Source of the DNA: a virus
Taxonomy: Duplodnaviria > Caudoviricetes
Strand: one strand, 5' to 3'
DNA: 40,514 nucleotides
IMG/VR virus record: IMGVR_UViG_3300037634_005711
Coordinates: 1-40,514 of that record
Under the pieces are notes generated by a model. The model saw nothing but the letters and a program-made list of their open reading frames with translations, ran no database searches and was not told the DNA's origin. Position 1 is the stretch's first letter, and each line of letters opens with the position of its first letter. A program made the position numbers and the translations under genes. Shown here one piece after another: positions 1 through 8,464 of the stretch.

Positions 1-1
1 A

Positions 2-115
2 CAAGGTAAGAAAACCGGTAATTGGATAACAGAATTTACCAAAACATTTGACCACCCTTACGAGTGTTATGATTGGGCCGACGAACGTGTACTAGAAATA
101 AGAGGAATGAGATGA
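2..115 (+). CDS. 3' end of hypothetical protein (partial, enters from upstream)
   Basis: Frame 2 is open from the window edge (QGKKTGNWITEF...IRGMR*). Its TGA at 113-115 overlaps the ATG at 112 (ATGA coupling). Confidence 0.6.
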   Translation, partial: QGKKTGNWITEFTKTFDHPYECYDWADERVLEIRGMR

Positions 116-453
116 AGCATATATTAACAGGGTTTGGATTATTCTTTATAGGTCAGCTACTAATATGGTTCCAAACTAACTCACAATTCCTTTCACAGTG
201 GTGTAAAGATCATCCATGGATATTAGCAATGACTGGGATGCCGATCTCATACATATTAATATGTGCTACTAGAGAAGTAGTGTTAGGCTTTGACGGTTCA
301 TTATGGCCAGGTAGGTTATTAGGATTCGGATCAGGTATGATAGTTATGGCAGTATGTACCTGGTGGTTTATGGGTGAAGGGATTTCAACTAAAACATTTA
401 TAAGCCTACTGCTAGCAACAGCATTAGTATTAATACAAATTTTCTGGAGATAG
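112..453 (+). CDS. Small 4-TM membrane protein, SMR/DMT-like
   Basis: About 113 aa with four hydrophobic segments and a 'FMGEGIS' loop before the last helix, as in DMT/SMR proteins. ATG112 has AGAGGA upstream and is preferred over TTG73. Confidence 0.6.
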   Translation: MKHILTGFGLFFIGQLLIWFQTNSQFLSQWCKDHPWILAMTGMPISYILICATREVVLGFDGSLWPGRLLGFGSGMIVMAVCTWWFMGEGISTKTFISLLLATALVLIQIFWR

Positions 454-454
454 A

Positions 455-486
455 GTTTTTTATACGAACTTTATTTCTTATATTTA
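455..486 (+). promoter_or_regulatory. Putative promoter (variant copy) GTTT-N20-TATATTTA
   Basis: TTCT-TATATTTA at 475-486. The upstream tetramer deviates from the KTTG of the other copies. Confidence 0.5.
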
Positions 487-527
487 CAACTGAAAGTTAG
501 TTGGCATATATTTATTACAGTAATGAA

Positions 528-569
528 TAACAATTAACAATTAATAATTAACAATTAAGGAGTAACAAA
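528..569 (+). repeat. 7-nt periodic leader (TAACAAT)n with the Shine-Dalgarno in register
   Basis: TAACAAT|TAACAAT|TAATAAT|TAACAAT|TAAGGAG|TAACAAA, ending on the A of the ssb ATG. Confidence 0.85.
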
Positions 570-1318
570 TGGCAATTGATTTAGATGCTATCCGCAAGAA
601 GCTTAACAACTTGCAAAATCAAACTGGTAAACAAAATAATTTATGGAAACCAGAACCTGGTAAACAAACGATACGAATCGTACCTTACCAATTCAATAAA
701 GATAACCCTTTTCAGGAGTTATATTTTCACTACAACTTAGGTAAAAAGACTTATTTGTCACCTGTAACTTTTGGTAAAGCAGACCCTGTAGTAGAGTTCT
801 GTGAGCAATTGAAAGCTACTGGTAATAAAGAAGACTGGCAGATGGCTCGTAAAATGGAGCCTAAAATGAGAACTTATGTTCCTGTGCTTGTTCGTGGTCA
901 AGAATCAGAAGGTGTTAAATTTTGGGGCTTCGGTAAAACAGTATACCAAGAACTATTAAGCATTATTTCAGATCCTGATTATGGTGATATTACTGATGTA
1001 ACTAATGGTAGAGATATCTCTGTAGAATTTACAGCAGCAGAAGGAGCTGGATCTTTTCCTAAAACAGCAATTCGTGTTAAACCGAATCAAACAGCTGCTA
1101 CTGGTGATAAGAATATCGCTGAGCGTATTATGAATGGGCAAAAAGATATTACAGATATCTTTAAAGAAGTATCTTATGATGACTTGAAGACTGCTCTAGG
1201 TGAGTGGTTAAATCCTGAAGAAGAAGCATCTACTGAGCAGGTAGCTACACAAACTACAGGTAATACAGCAAGAGTAGATGATGTAAATAAAGCGTTTGAC
1301 GACTTATTTAATAATTAA
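569..1318 (+). CDS. Single-stranded DNA-binding protein, T4 gp32-like
   Basis: WKP..G...IRIVP, VKFWGFGK.VY, DYGDITD...GRDI motifs and an acidic tail ending AFDDLF. Sits before recA. Confidence 0.85.
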   Translation: MAIDLDAIRKKLNNLQNQTGKQNNLWKPEPGKQTIRIVPYQFNKDNPFQELYFHYNLGKKTYLSPVTFGKADPVVEFCEQLKATGNKEDWQMARKMEPKMRTYVPVLVRGQESEGVKFWGFGKTVYQELLSIISDPDYGDITDVTNGRDISVEFTAAEGAGSFPKTAIRVKPNQTAATGDKNIAERIMNGQKDITDIFKEVSYDDLKTALGEWLNPEEEASTEQVATQTTGNTARVDDVNKAFDDLFNN

Positions 1319-1326
1319 GAGGTTAT

Positions 1327-2451
1327 ATGGCTAAAAGTAAAAGTAATAGAGATGAGTTAGCATCCGTGCTAGCTGATAGCTTAAACAAAAAGTTCAAGGA
1401 CTATAAGGTTGCTTATTTTCTTGATGGTTCTGAAGAAACCCCAACAGATCTTACTGAGTGGATATCTACTGGATCATCAATGCTAGATCTTGCTATTGCA
1501 AATAGACCTAATGGAGGAATACCAGTTGGTAGAATTACCGAAGTAACTGGTCTTGAGGGGAGTGGTAAATCACTTGTCGCAGCACATCTATTAGCAAATA
1601 CGCAAAAGCAAGGTGGATTAGCGGTGTTCATTGATACTGAGAATGCAATGAATGAAGAGTTTCTTCGTTGTATAGGTGTTAATGTGGAGAATATGGTGTA
1701 TATACAACTAGAAACTGTTGAAGATATTTTCGAGGTTATTGAAAGTATTATTACAAAGGTTAGAGAATCGAGTAAAGATAGATTAGTATCTATTGTAGTT
1801 GATTCTGTAGCTGGAGCAACAACAGCTGTTGAGAGTGAGTCAGATTACTCTAAAGATGGTTGGGCAACATCAAAAGCAATTATACTTTCCAAAGCAATGC
1901 GAAAAGTTACTCAAATGGTTGGAAGACAGAGAGTAGCTCTAGTATTTACAAATCAATTACGACAGAAACTAGGTGTAATGTTTGGAGATCCTTGGACAAC
2001 TTCTGGAGGTAAGGCAATTGCATTCCATTCAAGTTGTAGATTGAGATTAAAATCTATGGGTCAAATCAAAGCTAAAGTAAATGGTGTAGATGAAACTGTA
2101 GGTATTAAGACCCAAGCTCAAGTTGTAAAGAATAGAATGGGTCCACCTCTTCGAAAAGCTGAATTCGAGATATACTTCGATTCAGGTATAGATGACTATG
2201 GTGGATGGTTAAAGGTTATGAAAGCTCAAAAATTAGTATCTGCTGGTGGTGCATGGTATACATATGTAACAGAAGCTGGCTCTACTCACAAGTTTTTATC
2301 AAAAGATTGGCAAAAATTGTTAGATGAGAATCCTGATATTAAAGAAGAGGTATATCAAAAGATTTGTAATGCTCTTGTTATGGAGTATAAAACAGATACA
2401 ATTGGTATAGATGATATTGAGATAAGTGATGAACCAATTCCAGAAGGATAG
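1327..2451 (+). CDS. recA: RecA/UvsX recombinase
   Basis: ISTGS..LD, GGIPVGRITE, Walker A GLEGSGKS, FIDTENA, IVVDSVA, FTNQLR, TTSGG.A, VVKNR.GPP. Confidence 0.97.
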   Translation: MAKSKSNRDELASVLADSLNKKFKDYKVAYFLDGSEETPTDLTEWISTGSSMLDLAIANRPNGGIPVGRITEVTGLEGSGKSLVAAHLLANTQKQGGLAVFIDTENAMNEEFLRCIGVNVENMVYIQLETVEDIFEVIESIITKVRESSKDRLVSIVVDSVAGATTAVESESDYSKDGWATSKAIILSKAMRKVTQMVGRQRVALVFTNQLRQKLGVMFGDPWTTSGGKAIAFHSSCRLRLKSMGQIKAKVNGVDETVGIKTQAQVVKNRMGPPLRKAEFEIYFDSGIDDYGGWLKVMKAQKLVSAGGAWYTYVTEAGSTHKFLSKDWQKLLDENPDIKEEVYQKICNALVMEYKTDTIGIDDIEISDEPIPEG

Positions 2452-2596
2452 ATGAGTACATTGAAGTGTAATGGAGCCGCGTAGATATGTAAATATTAGT
2501 TAGAGTGTAATGCTCGTTGCTATGAAGCTGACACCAATGTGTACTCGAGAGCGCCTTAAAGTATACTAGAAAATGTAGCAAGCTAATAGCTCATTT
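2452..2596 (+). ncRNA. Candidate structured non-coding RNA, family not recognised
   Basis: Longest intergenic gap in the window. Pairings by eye: GAGTACA(2454-2460)/TGTACTC(2540-2546), TTG/CAA, GTGT(2466-2469)/ACAC(2531-2534), CGTAG(2480-2484)/CTATG(2520-2524), ATAT-GTAA-ATAT (GNRA loop), GAGTG-TAA-TGCTC. Confidence 0.5.
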
Positions 2597-2597
2597 G

Positions 2598-2625
2598 GTA
2601 GGGGCCCTCGGGCCCTTACTTTTTT
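2598..2625 (+). terminator. Rho-independent terminator
   Basis: GTAGGGGCC-CTCG-GGCCCTTAC 9-bp stem (one G-U pair) followed by T6. Confidence 0.9.
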
Positions 2626-2635
2626 AAAGGAAGTT

Positions 2636-3691
2636 ATGAAAAAAGATTATTTTAAAATATTTGATAATTTGGAAGAAGGTAATATTCAACCAAGTAAGCC
2701 CAATGATAAAGTTCTTATCATTGATGGGTTAAACACATTCATACGAAGTTTTGCAGTATCTCCTGTAACAAATGATAATGGTATTCATGTTGGTGGTATA
2801 TCCGGATTTCTGTTATCAATAGGATACGCAATAAAGATGTTGCAACCAACTCGTGTGATTATATGTTTTGATGGTAAAGGCGGTAGTCAACGGAGACGTA
2901 AACTATTCCCAGATTATAAAGCAAATAGAGTGGTTCGCACAAAGCTTAATAGAACCAATTCATTTGTGGATAAAGAATCAGAAGATCAAAACATGAAAAT
3001 GCAACTAGGTCGATTGATTCAATATCTAGAGATACTACCAGTTCAGTTAGTAGCACCGCAAAATATAGAAGCAGATGATGCAATCGCGTACCTATCTAAA
3101 CAAGTGTTAACTGATAGTAAAATATTTATAATGTCATCGGACAAAGATTTTATACAGTTAGTTGATGATAGAATTGCAGTATGGTCCCCTACAAAGAAAA
3201 AATTATACTTTAAAGGGGATGTAGCAGAAGACTATAAAATACCTGCGCATAATTATCTCTTATATAGAACACTTACAGGTGATAAATCTGATAATATACC
3301 AGGTATTAGAGGTACTGGAATTAAAACATTAGAAAAAAGATTGCCTATATTATTTAGTGATAAGCAAGTAACTATTGATGATATAATCAATGAATGTGTA
3401 GATTCTAAAATTAAAGTACTACAGACAATCCACAGTAGTCGAGATACACTCGAGTTAAACTACAAACTAATGCAGTTAAGTGAAGTGGATATTAGTGGTA
3501 GTAGTAAGCATAAGATTTTACATGTAGCAGACAATGAGATCCCTAGGTTAAACCCAATGCAATTTAAAGTAATGGTGTTAGAAGATAGTTTAGGTGGAGC
3601 TTTTCGTAATTTAGAATTTTGGTTACGTGAGAGATTTACATTATTAGACGCGCAAGCAGATTTATACAATAAAAGTTGTGATACTAAATAA
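2636..3691 (+). CDS. 5'-3' exonuclease/flap endonuclease (T4 RNase H / PolA N-terminal family)
   Basis: LIIDGLN, CFDG, R....PDYKANR, EADD, SSDKDF.Q, helix-hairpin GDKSDNIPGI.G.G.K. Confidence 0.93.
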   Translation: MKKDYFKIFDNLEEGNIQPSKPNDKVLIIDGLNTFIRSFAVSPVTNDNGIHVGGISGFLLSIGYAIKMLQPTRVIICFDGKGGSQRRRKLFPDYKANRVVRTKLNRTNSFVDKESEDQNMKMQLGRLIQYLEILPVQLVAPQNIEADDAIAYLSKQVLTDSKIFIMSSDKDFIQLVDDRIAVWSPTKKKLYFKGDVAEDYKIPAHNYLLYRTLTGDKSDNIPGIRGTGIKTLEKRLPILFSDKQVTIDDIINECVDSKIKVLQTIHSSRDTLELNYKLMQLSEVDISGSSKHKILHVADNEIPRLNPMQFKVMVLEDSLGGAFRNLEFWLRERFTLLDAQADLYNKSCDTK

Positions 3692-3706
3692 GTATTCATA
3701 TATTAT
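3675..3706 (+). promoter_or_regulatory. Putative promoter GTTG-N20-TATATTAT
   Basis: Recurrent motif; ends 5 nt before the helicase ATG. Confidence 0.75.
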
Positions 3707-3711
3707 AGCAT

Positions 3712-5094
3712 ATGAGTGATACATTTCAAATATACGGTTACAATTTTCAAGTAAAGCTACTATCCGCTTTATTTAAAGATAAACCATTCTTACAGCAGAT
3801 AACGGATATCTTAGATAGCAATTTCTTTGAATCCGAAGCAAACAAGTGGATAGTGAAAACCGTTGGAGAGTACTTTTCTGAGTATAAAACATCCCCAACT
3901 CTAGATGTGATGAAAGTTAAGGTTGATACAATAGATAATGATGTGTTAAAAGCATCTGTTGTAGATACATTAAAAGAGGTCGTTAGAAATTTAGATGCTG
4001 ATGATATAGATTTTGTAAAAGATGAATCTATAAAGTTTTGTAAAAATCAAAAATTAAAATCAGCTATTGTAGACTCTGTAGAGTTATTACAGCGTGGTGA
4101 TTACGATGAGATTAAATTTCGCGTTGATGAAGCTATGAAAGCAGGAACTGATAGAGATATTGGACATGAGTATAATATTCATATTGATGAGCGATTCTCT
4201 GAAACTACTAGACAGACAACATCTACAGGTTGGGATGCAATTGATCAATTGATGGATGGTGGATTAGGTCCTGGTGAGTTAGGAGTATTTGTAGCACCAG
4301 CTGGTATTGGTAAATCATGGGGATTAGTAAATGCAGCTGCAAATGCTGTTAAAGCAGGTAAGACAGTTATTCACTATACATTAGAGCTTAATGGTGCATA
4401 TGTAGGGTTAAGATTTGACTCTGTATTTACAGGTATAGCAGCGCAGAATTTAAAATTCTATCAAGATGATATTAAAGAGAAGGTTGGTGAATTAGAAGGT
4501 GAATTAGTTATTAAGTATTTTCCAACTAAAACTGCAACAGTAAATACATTAAAAGCTCACTTAGAACGATGTACTATGTTAAATAAAAAGCCTGATCTTA
4601 TAGTTGTAGATTACGCTGATTTATTAAGAGGTACAGGTAAAGAGATACGACATGAGTTAGGTAATATCTATGAAGATTTGAGAGGTATGGCAGGTGAGTA
4701 TGAAATTCCTATATGGACAGCATCTCAGGCAAATAGATCAGCTCTAGATGATGATGTTATTGGAGCAGAGAAAATAGCAGAATCATACTCAAAGATAATG
4801 ACAGCAGATTTTGTAATATCATTATCTAGAAAGATTGAAGATAAGATAGCAGGTACAGGTAGATTCCATGTTATTAAAAATAGATTCGGTCCAGATGGTA
4901 TAACATTCCCTAGTAAGATGAATATGTCAAATGGTCAGATAGACATATTTGAGCAGACCTCAGTGCAAGGTAAGAGTGCACAGGGGCAGATGGATCAAGG
5001 AACTGAAGCAATGAGAAAGAGGTTAGCAACAAAATATAATGAGGTGCAGCCAGTTTCAGAGAAATCAAAAGATCCATTTGAAAATTTACAATAA
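3712..5094 (+). CDS. Replicative helicase, DnaB/T4 gp41 family
   Basis: TGW..ID....GGL..GEL, Walker A APAGIGKS, YTLE, IVVDYADL, WTASQANR, KNRFG. Confidence 0.95.
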   Translation: MSDTFQIYGYNFQVKLLSALFKDKPFLQQITDILDSNFFESEANKWIVKTVGEYFSEYKTSPTLDVMKVKVDTIDNDVLKASVVDTLKEVVRNLDADDIDFVKDESIKFCKNQKLKSAIVDSVELLQRGDYDEIKFRVDEAMKAGTDRDIGHEYNIHIDERFSETTRQTTSTGWDAIDQLMDGGLGPGELGVFVAPAGIGKSWGLVNAAANAVKAGKTVIHYTLELNGAYVGLRFDSVFTGIAAQNLKFYQDDIKEKVGELEGELVIKYFPTKTATVNTLKAHLERCTMLNKKPDLIVVDYADLLRGTGKEIRHELGNIYEDLRGMAGEYEIPIWTASQANRSALDDDVIGAEKIAESYSKIMTADFVISLSRKIEDKIAGTGRFHVIKNRFGPDGITFPSKMNMSNGQIDIFEQTSVQGKSAQGQMDQGTEAMRKRLATKYNEVQPVSEKSKDPFENLQ

Positions 5095-5108
5095 TATACG
5101 TATATATT
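5077..5108 (+). promoter_or_regulatory. Putative promoter (variant) TTTG-N20-TATATATT
   Basis: Same 20-nt spacing as the other copies; upstream of nrdJ. Confidence 0.5.
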
Positions 5109-5158
5109 GATAATTATTATTACACCAAAAAGTAAAAACAGAATAAAGGAAGCAGGCA

Positions 5159-7018
5159 ATGGAGATATCCAATCAGATTTTGTCAGACATCACTGTCTAC
5201 ATGAAATATGCAAAGTACATTCCTGAGTTATCGAGACGAGAAACTTGGGAAGAGCTAGTAACACGTAATAAGTACATGCACGTAAAAAAGTATCCTGAGT
5301 TAAAGGATGAGATTTTAGAAGTATATAAGATGGTATATGATAAGAAGATATTACCATCTATGAGGTCAATGCAGTTTGGTGGTAAACCAATTGAAGTAGC
5401 CCCGAACAGAATATATAACTGCGCTTTTATGCCTGTGAGTCATATCGACTCATTCGCCGAATGTATGTTTTTACTGTTAGGAGGTACCGGAGTTGGATTC
5501 TCCGTACAACGCCATCACGTAGATGAACTACCTTCTATTCAACAACCCTACCCTAAAAGAGCTAGACGATTCTTAATTGGTGATTCAATTGAAGGTTGGG
5601 CTGATGCAGTTAAGGTTCTTATGAAGTCATATATGAACGGAGGTGGAAGTAGAGTTGAGTTTGATTATTCTGATATTAGACAAAAAGGTGCACAGCTAGT
5701 AACATCAGGTGGAAAAGCTCCAGGCCCTCAGCCGCTAAAAGAGTGTCTATTAAAGATTGAGGGATTACTGAGAGAGAAAGGTAATGGAGAGAAGCTCACA
5801 ACCTTAGAAGCGCATGATATTATTTGTTATATTGCAGATGCTGTACTTGCTGGTGGAATACGTAGAGCTGCACTTATTTCTTTATTTAGTGCAGATGATG
5901 ATGAGATGATTTCATGTAAAGCAGGAAACTGGTGGGAAACTAACCCACAGAGAGGTCGAGCTAACAACTCCGCCGTACTGATGCGTCATAAGATTACTAA
6001 AGAGTTCTTCATGGAAATATGGAAACGCGTTGAGCTATCTGGAGCAGGGGAGCCTGGTATTTATTTCAGTAATGATAAAGAGTGGGGTACTAATCCGTGC
6101 TGTGAGATTGCACTAAGACCATTCCAGTTCTGTAATTTATGTGAAGTAAATGTATCTAATATAGAATCTCAAGAGGATTTGAATGAGAGAGTAAAAGCTG
6201 CAGCATTTGTGGGAACCTTACAAGCTGGGTATACAAATTTCCACTACTTACGTCAAGTGTGGCAAGATACAACTGAGAAAGATGCATTAATCGGTATATC
6301 AATGACAGGAATTGGATCAGGAGCTGTACTAGGATATGACATGTCAGCAGCTGCTGACATTGTTAAGAAGGAAAATGCTAGAGTTGCAAAGAGTATAGGT
6401 ATAAATAAGTCTGCGAGATGTACTACAGTAAAACCAGCTGGTACTACGTCATTAACACTAGGAACATCATCTGGTATCCATGCATGGCATAATGATTATT
6501 ATATTAGACGGATACGCGTCGGTAAAAATGAATCGATGTACCCATACCTAAAAGAGAATCATAGTGATTTGGTTGCTGATGAGTATTTTAGACCACATGA
6601 CACAGCTGTTATTGAGATCCCGCAAAAAGCACCAGCTGGATCTATTTTGCGAACAGAATCACCATTCCAGCTTCTAGAGAGAGTTAAAAAAGTTGCAACT
6701 GAATGGGTAAAAGCTGGCCATAGATCAGGAAACAATACACATAATGTATCAGCAACAATCTCGCTAAAAGATGAAGATTGGGAGTTAGCAGGTGAATGGA
6801 TGTGGAAGAATCGGGCATCATATAATGGATTATCTGTACTACCGTATGATGGTGGAACATATACTCAAGCGCCTTTTGAAGATATTATCAAGGAGCAGTA
6901 TGATGAGATGATAGAATCGTTATCAGAGATTGATTTATCAAATATTGTAGAGTTACAAGATGACACTACATTAGCAGGAGAGCTTGCATGCGCAGGTGGT
7001 TCTTGTGAGATTACGTAA
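5159..7018 (+). CDS. nrdJ: Class II adenosylcobalamin-dependent ribonucleotide reductase (monomeric RTPR type)
   Basis: YNC, GTGVGFS, GGIRRAA, TNPCCEI (thiyl Cys), CNL, TVKPAGT, C-terminal CAGGSC. No nrdB or nrdG nearby. Confidence 0.93.
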   Translation: MEISNQILSDITVYMKYAKYIPELSRRETWEELVTRNKYMHVKKYPELKDEILEVYKMVYDKKILPSMRSMQFGGKPIEVAPNRIYNCAFMPVSHIDSFAECMFLLLGGTGVGFSVQRHHVDELPSIQQPYPKRARRFLIGDSIEGWADAVKVLMKSYMNGGGSRVEFDYSDIRQKGAQLVTSGGKAPGPQPLKECLLKIEGLLREKGNGEKLTTLEAHDIICYIADAVLAGGIRRAALISLFSADDDEMISCKAGNWWETNPQRGRANNSAVLMRHKITKEFFMEIWKRVELSGAGEPGIYFSNDKEWGTNPCCEIALRPFQFCNLCEVNVSNIESQEDLNERVKAAAFVGTLQAGYTNFHYLRQVWQDTTEKDALIGISMTGIGSGAVLGYDMSAAADIVKKENARVAKSIGINKSARCTTVKPAGTTSLTLGTSSGIHAWHNDYYIRRIRVGKNESMYPYLKENHSDLVADEYFRPHDTAVIEIPQKAPAGSILRTESPFQLLERVKKVATEWVKAGHRSGNNTHNVSATISLKDEDWELAGEWMWKNRASYNGLSVLPYDGGTYTQAPFEDIIKEQYDEMIESLSEIDLSNIVELQDDTTLAGELACAGGSCEIT

Positions 7019-7057
7019 TATGTGTTGGATTGAAAAGTTATATTATGGAATACCAAT

Positions 7058-7981
7058 ATGAGTAAGTTAGGTAGTTTCGTTGGCAATACGCCACTCATCC
7101 CTATACACTTAGGGGAGTTAACTGTATACGGCAAAGCAGAGTTTATGAATCCAGGAGGTAGTGTGAAAGACCGAATGGCAACTTATATTCTAGATGATGC
7201 AGAAGCTAGAGGATTGATTAAGAAGGGCGATGCTTTAATAGAGGCAACTTCAGGTAATACTGGTATAGCTTTTGCTATGTTAGCGGCAGAAAGAGGTTAT
7301 AAGATGCAAATTGTTATGCCTTCTAATATGTCTATAGAGCGAAAACAAATGTTAGAGTTTTATGGAGCTAAATTAATGCAAGTAGAAGCCGGAGATTTTG
7401 ATGGAGCAATCGAATTCAGAGATATGTTAGCTAAGAAATTAGGTTATTTTAATTGTAATCAATTTCATAATCCATTAAATATTGAAGCACATTATAAAAC
7501 AACTGGTCCTGAAATACTTGAGCAATTACCTAAACCCGTAAGATATTTAAGAGCAAATCAAGGTGTAAATCCTCCAGTAGTAGATGCGTTGGTGTGCGGT
7601 ACAGGTACAGGCGGCACAATCATGGGAACAAGCAAATACCTTAAAGAACACATACCAGATATAAAGGTAGTAGCAGTTGAACCAGCCGAATCCGCAGTAA
7701 TGAGTGGAGGTGAGCCGGGCTTACATGGCATACAAGGAATAGGCGACGGTAGTAAGTTCTTAGTAGATATGGAGCAGATAGATGATGTAGTAACAGTTCC
7801 AACAGATTGTGCAAAAAAGGTAGCAAAATACTTAGCTAAACGATATGGGTTATTTGTAGGTATAAGTGCAGGTGCTAATGTAATGGCATCATTCCAATGG
7901 TTAAGAGATAATAACAAGAAGTCAGCAGTCACCATATTATGTGACAGAGGTGAAAGGTATTTAAGTTGTTTAGGGGAATAA
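7058..7981 (+). CDS. cysK: PLP-dependent cysteine synthase (CysK/CysM family)
   Basis: VGNTPL, K.EF.NPGGSVKDR, EATSGNTG, GTGTGGT, HGIQGIG, GISAGAN, CDRGERYLS. Confidence 0.93.
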   Translation: MSKLGSFVGNTPLIPIHLGELTVYGKAEFMNPGGSVKDRMATYILDDAEARGLIKKGDALIEATSGNTGIAFAMLAAERGYKMQIVMPSNMSIERKQMLEFYGAKLMQVEAGDFDGAIEFRDMLAKKLGYFNCNQFHNPLNIEAHYKTTGPEILEQLPKPVRYLRANQGVNPPVVDALVCGTGTGGTIMGTSKYLKEHIPDIKVVAVEPAESAVMSGGEPGLHGIQGIGDGSKFLVDMEQIDDVVTVPTDCAKKVAKYLAKRYGLFVGISAGANVMASFQWLRDNNKKSAVTILCDRGERYLSCLGE

Positions 7982-7983
7982 GT

Positions 7984-8418
7984 ATGTATAATATAATGTC
8001 AGCAATGTTAGTAATAGTTACAATGGTAATAACGTGTTCGCCATTAAAGGGCCCTTATGTTTCTCCGGAATTAGAACCAGCATACGAAGAATGGATTGAA
8101 GGATGTAAGTCAAGAAAAATACCATGGAAAAGAGAAGTAGTACGTATAGATTCGATATTGTACAATCCACTTGAAGAAGGATATTGGGGAAAATGCTTTG
8201 GAGACAAGATTACAATCAGTTCGAATAGTATTAGTCCTACAGATACATTTCTATTAAAGTTAATAATGTATCATGAATTAGGTCATTGTGTATTTGGTTA
8301 TGGCCATGATGATGTTGGTATAGAGATAATGAATTCGGTCTTACAGGAAGATAGGATTATGATTTATGAATACTTTTGGGAAGTAATCGAAGAGAAATAC
8401 TTCAGTTTACTTTGGTAG
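7984..8418 (+). CDS. Metzincin-type zinc metallopeptidase, probable lipoprotein
   Basis: HELGHCVFGYGH (HExxH...GxxH) followed by Met-turn 'IM'. Hydrophobic N-terminus ends VITC. ATG7984 follows the cysK stop. Confidence 0.7.
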   Translation: MYNIMSAMLVIVTMVITCSPLKGPYVSPELEPAYEEWIEGCKSRKIPWKREVVRIDSILYNPLEEGYWGKCFGDKITISSNSISPTDTFLLKLIMYHELGHCVFGYGHDDVGIEIMNSVLQEDRIMIYEYFWEVIEEKYFSLLW

Positions 8419-8442
8419 TCTAAAGTAATTTTCATATATTAT
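8411..8442 (+). promoter_or_regulatory. Putative promoter TTTG-N20-TATATTAT
   Basis: Recurrent motif; heads the deazaguanine cluster. Confidence 0.75.
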
Positions 8443-8464
8443 ATAAAAACAAATAAAGGTTATT

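Noticed and set aside
528-569. Repeat as a CRISPR array or replication iteron
   Set aside because: 7-nt units with no spacers; it sits on the RBS, which fits a translational role.
2452-2484. 10-codon ORF MSTLKCNGAA directly after recA
   Set aside because: Too short to support and does not explain the rest of the gap. A leader-peptide role cannot be fully excluded.
2452-2596. tRNA, hammerhead ribozyme or known riboswitch
   Set aside because: No T-loop GTTC or cloverleaf, no CTGANGA core, and no preQ1/SAM/TPP/cobalamin consensus recognised by eye.
7015-7046. Promoter copy before cysK (TATATTAT at 7039-7046)
   Set aside because: Lacks both the TTC extension and KTTG at 20 nt (GTAA there); too weak to call.
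8419-8464. preQ1 riboswitch before the que cluster
   Set aside because: The gap is occupied by the promoter and an A-rich leader; no stem or pseudoknot is visible.
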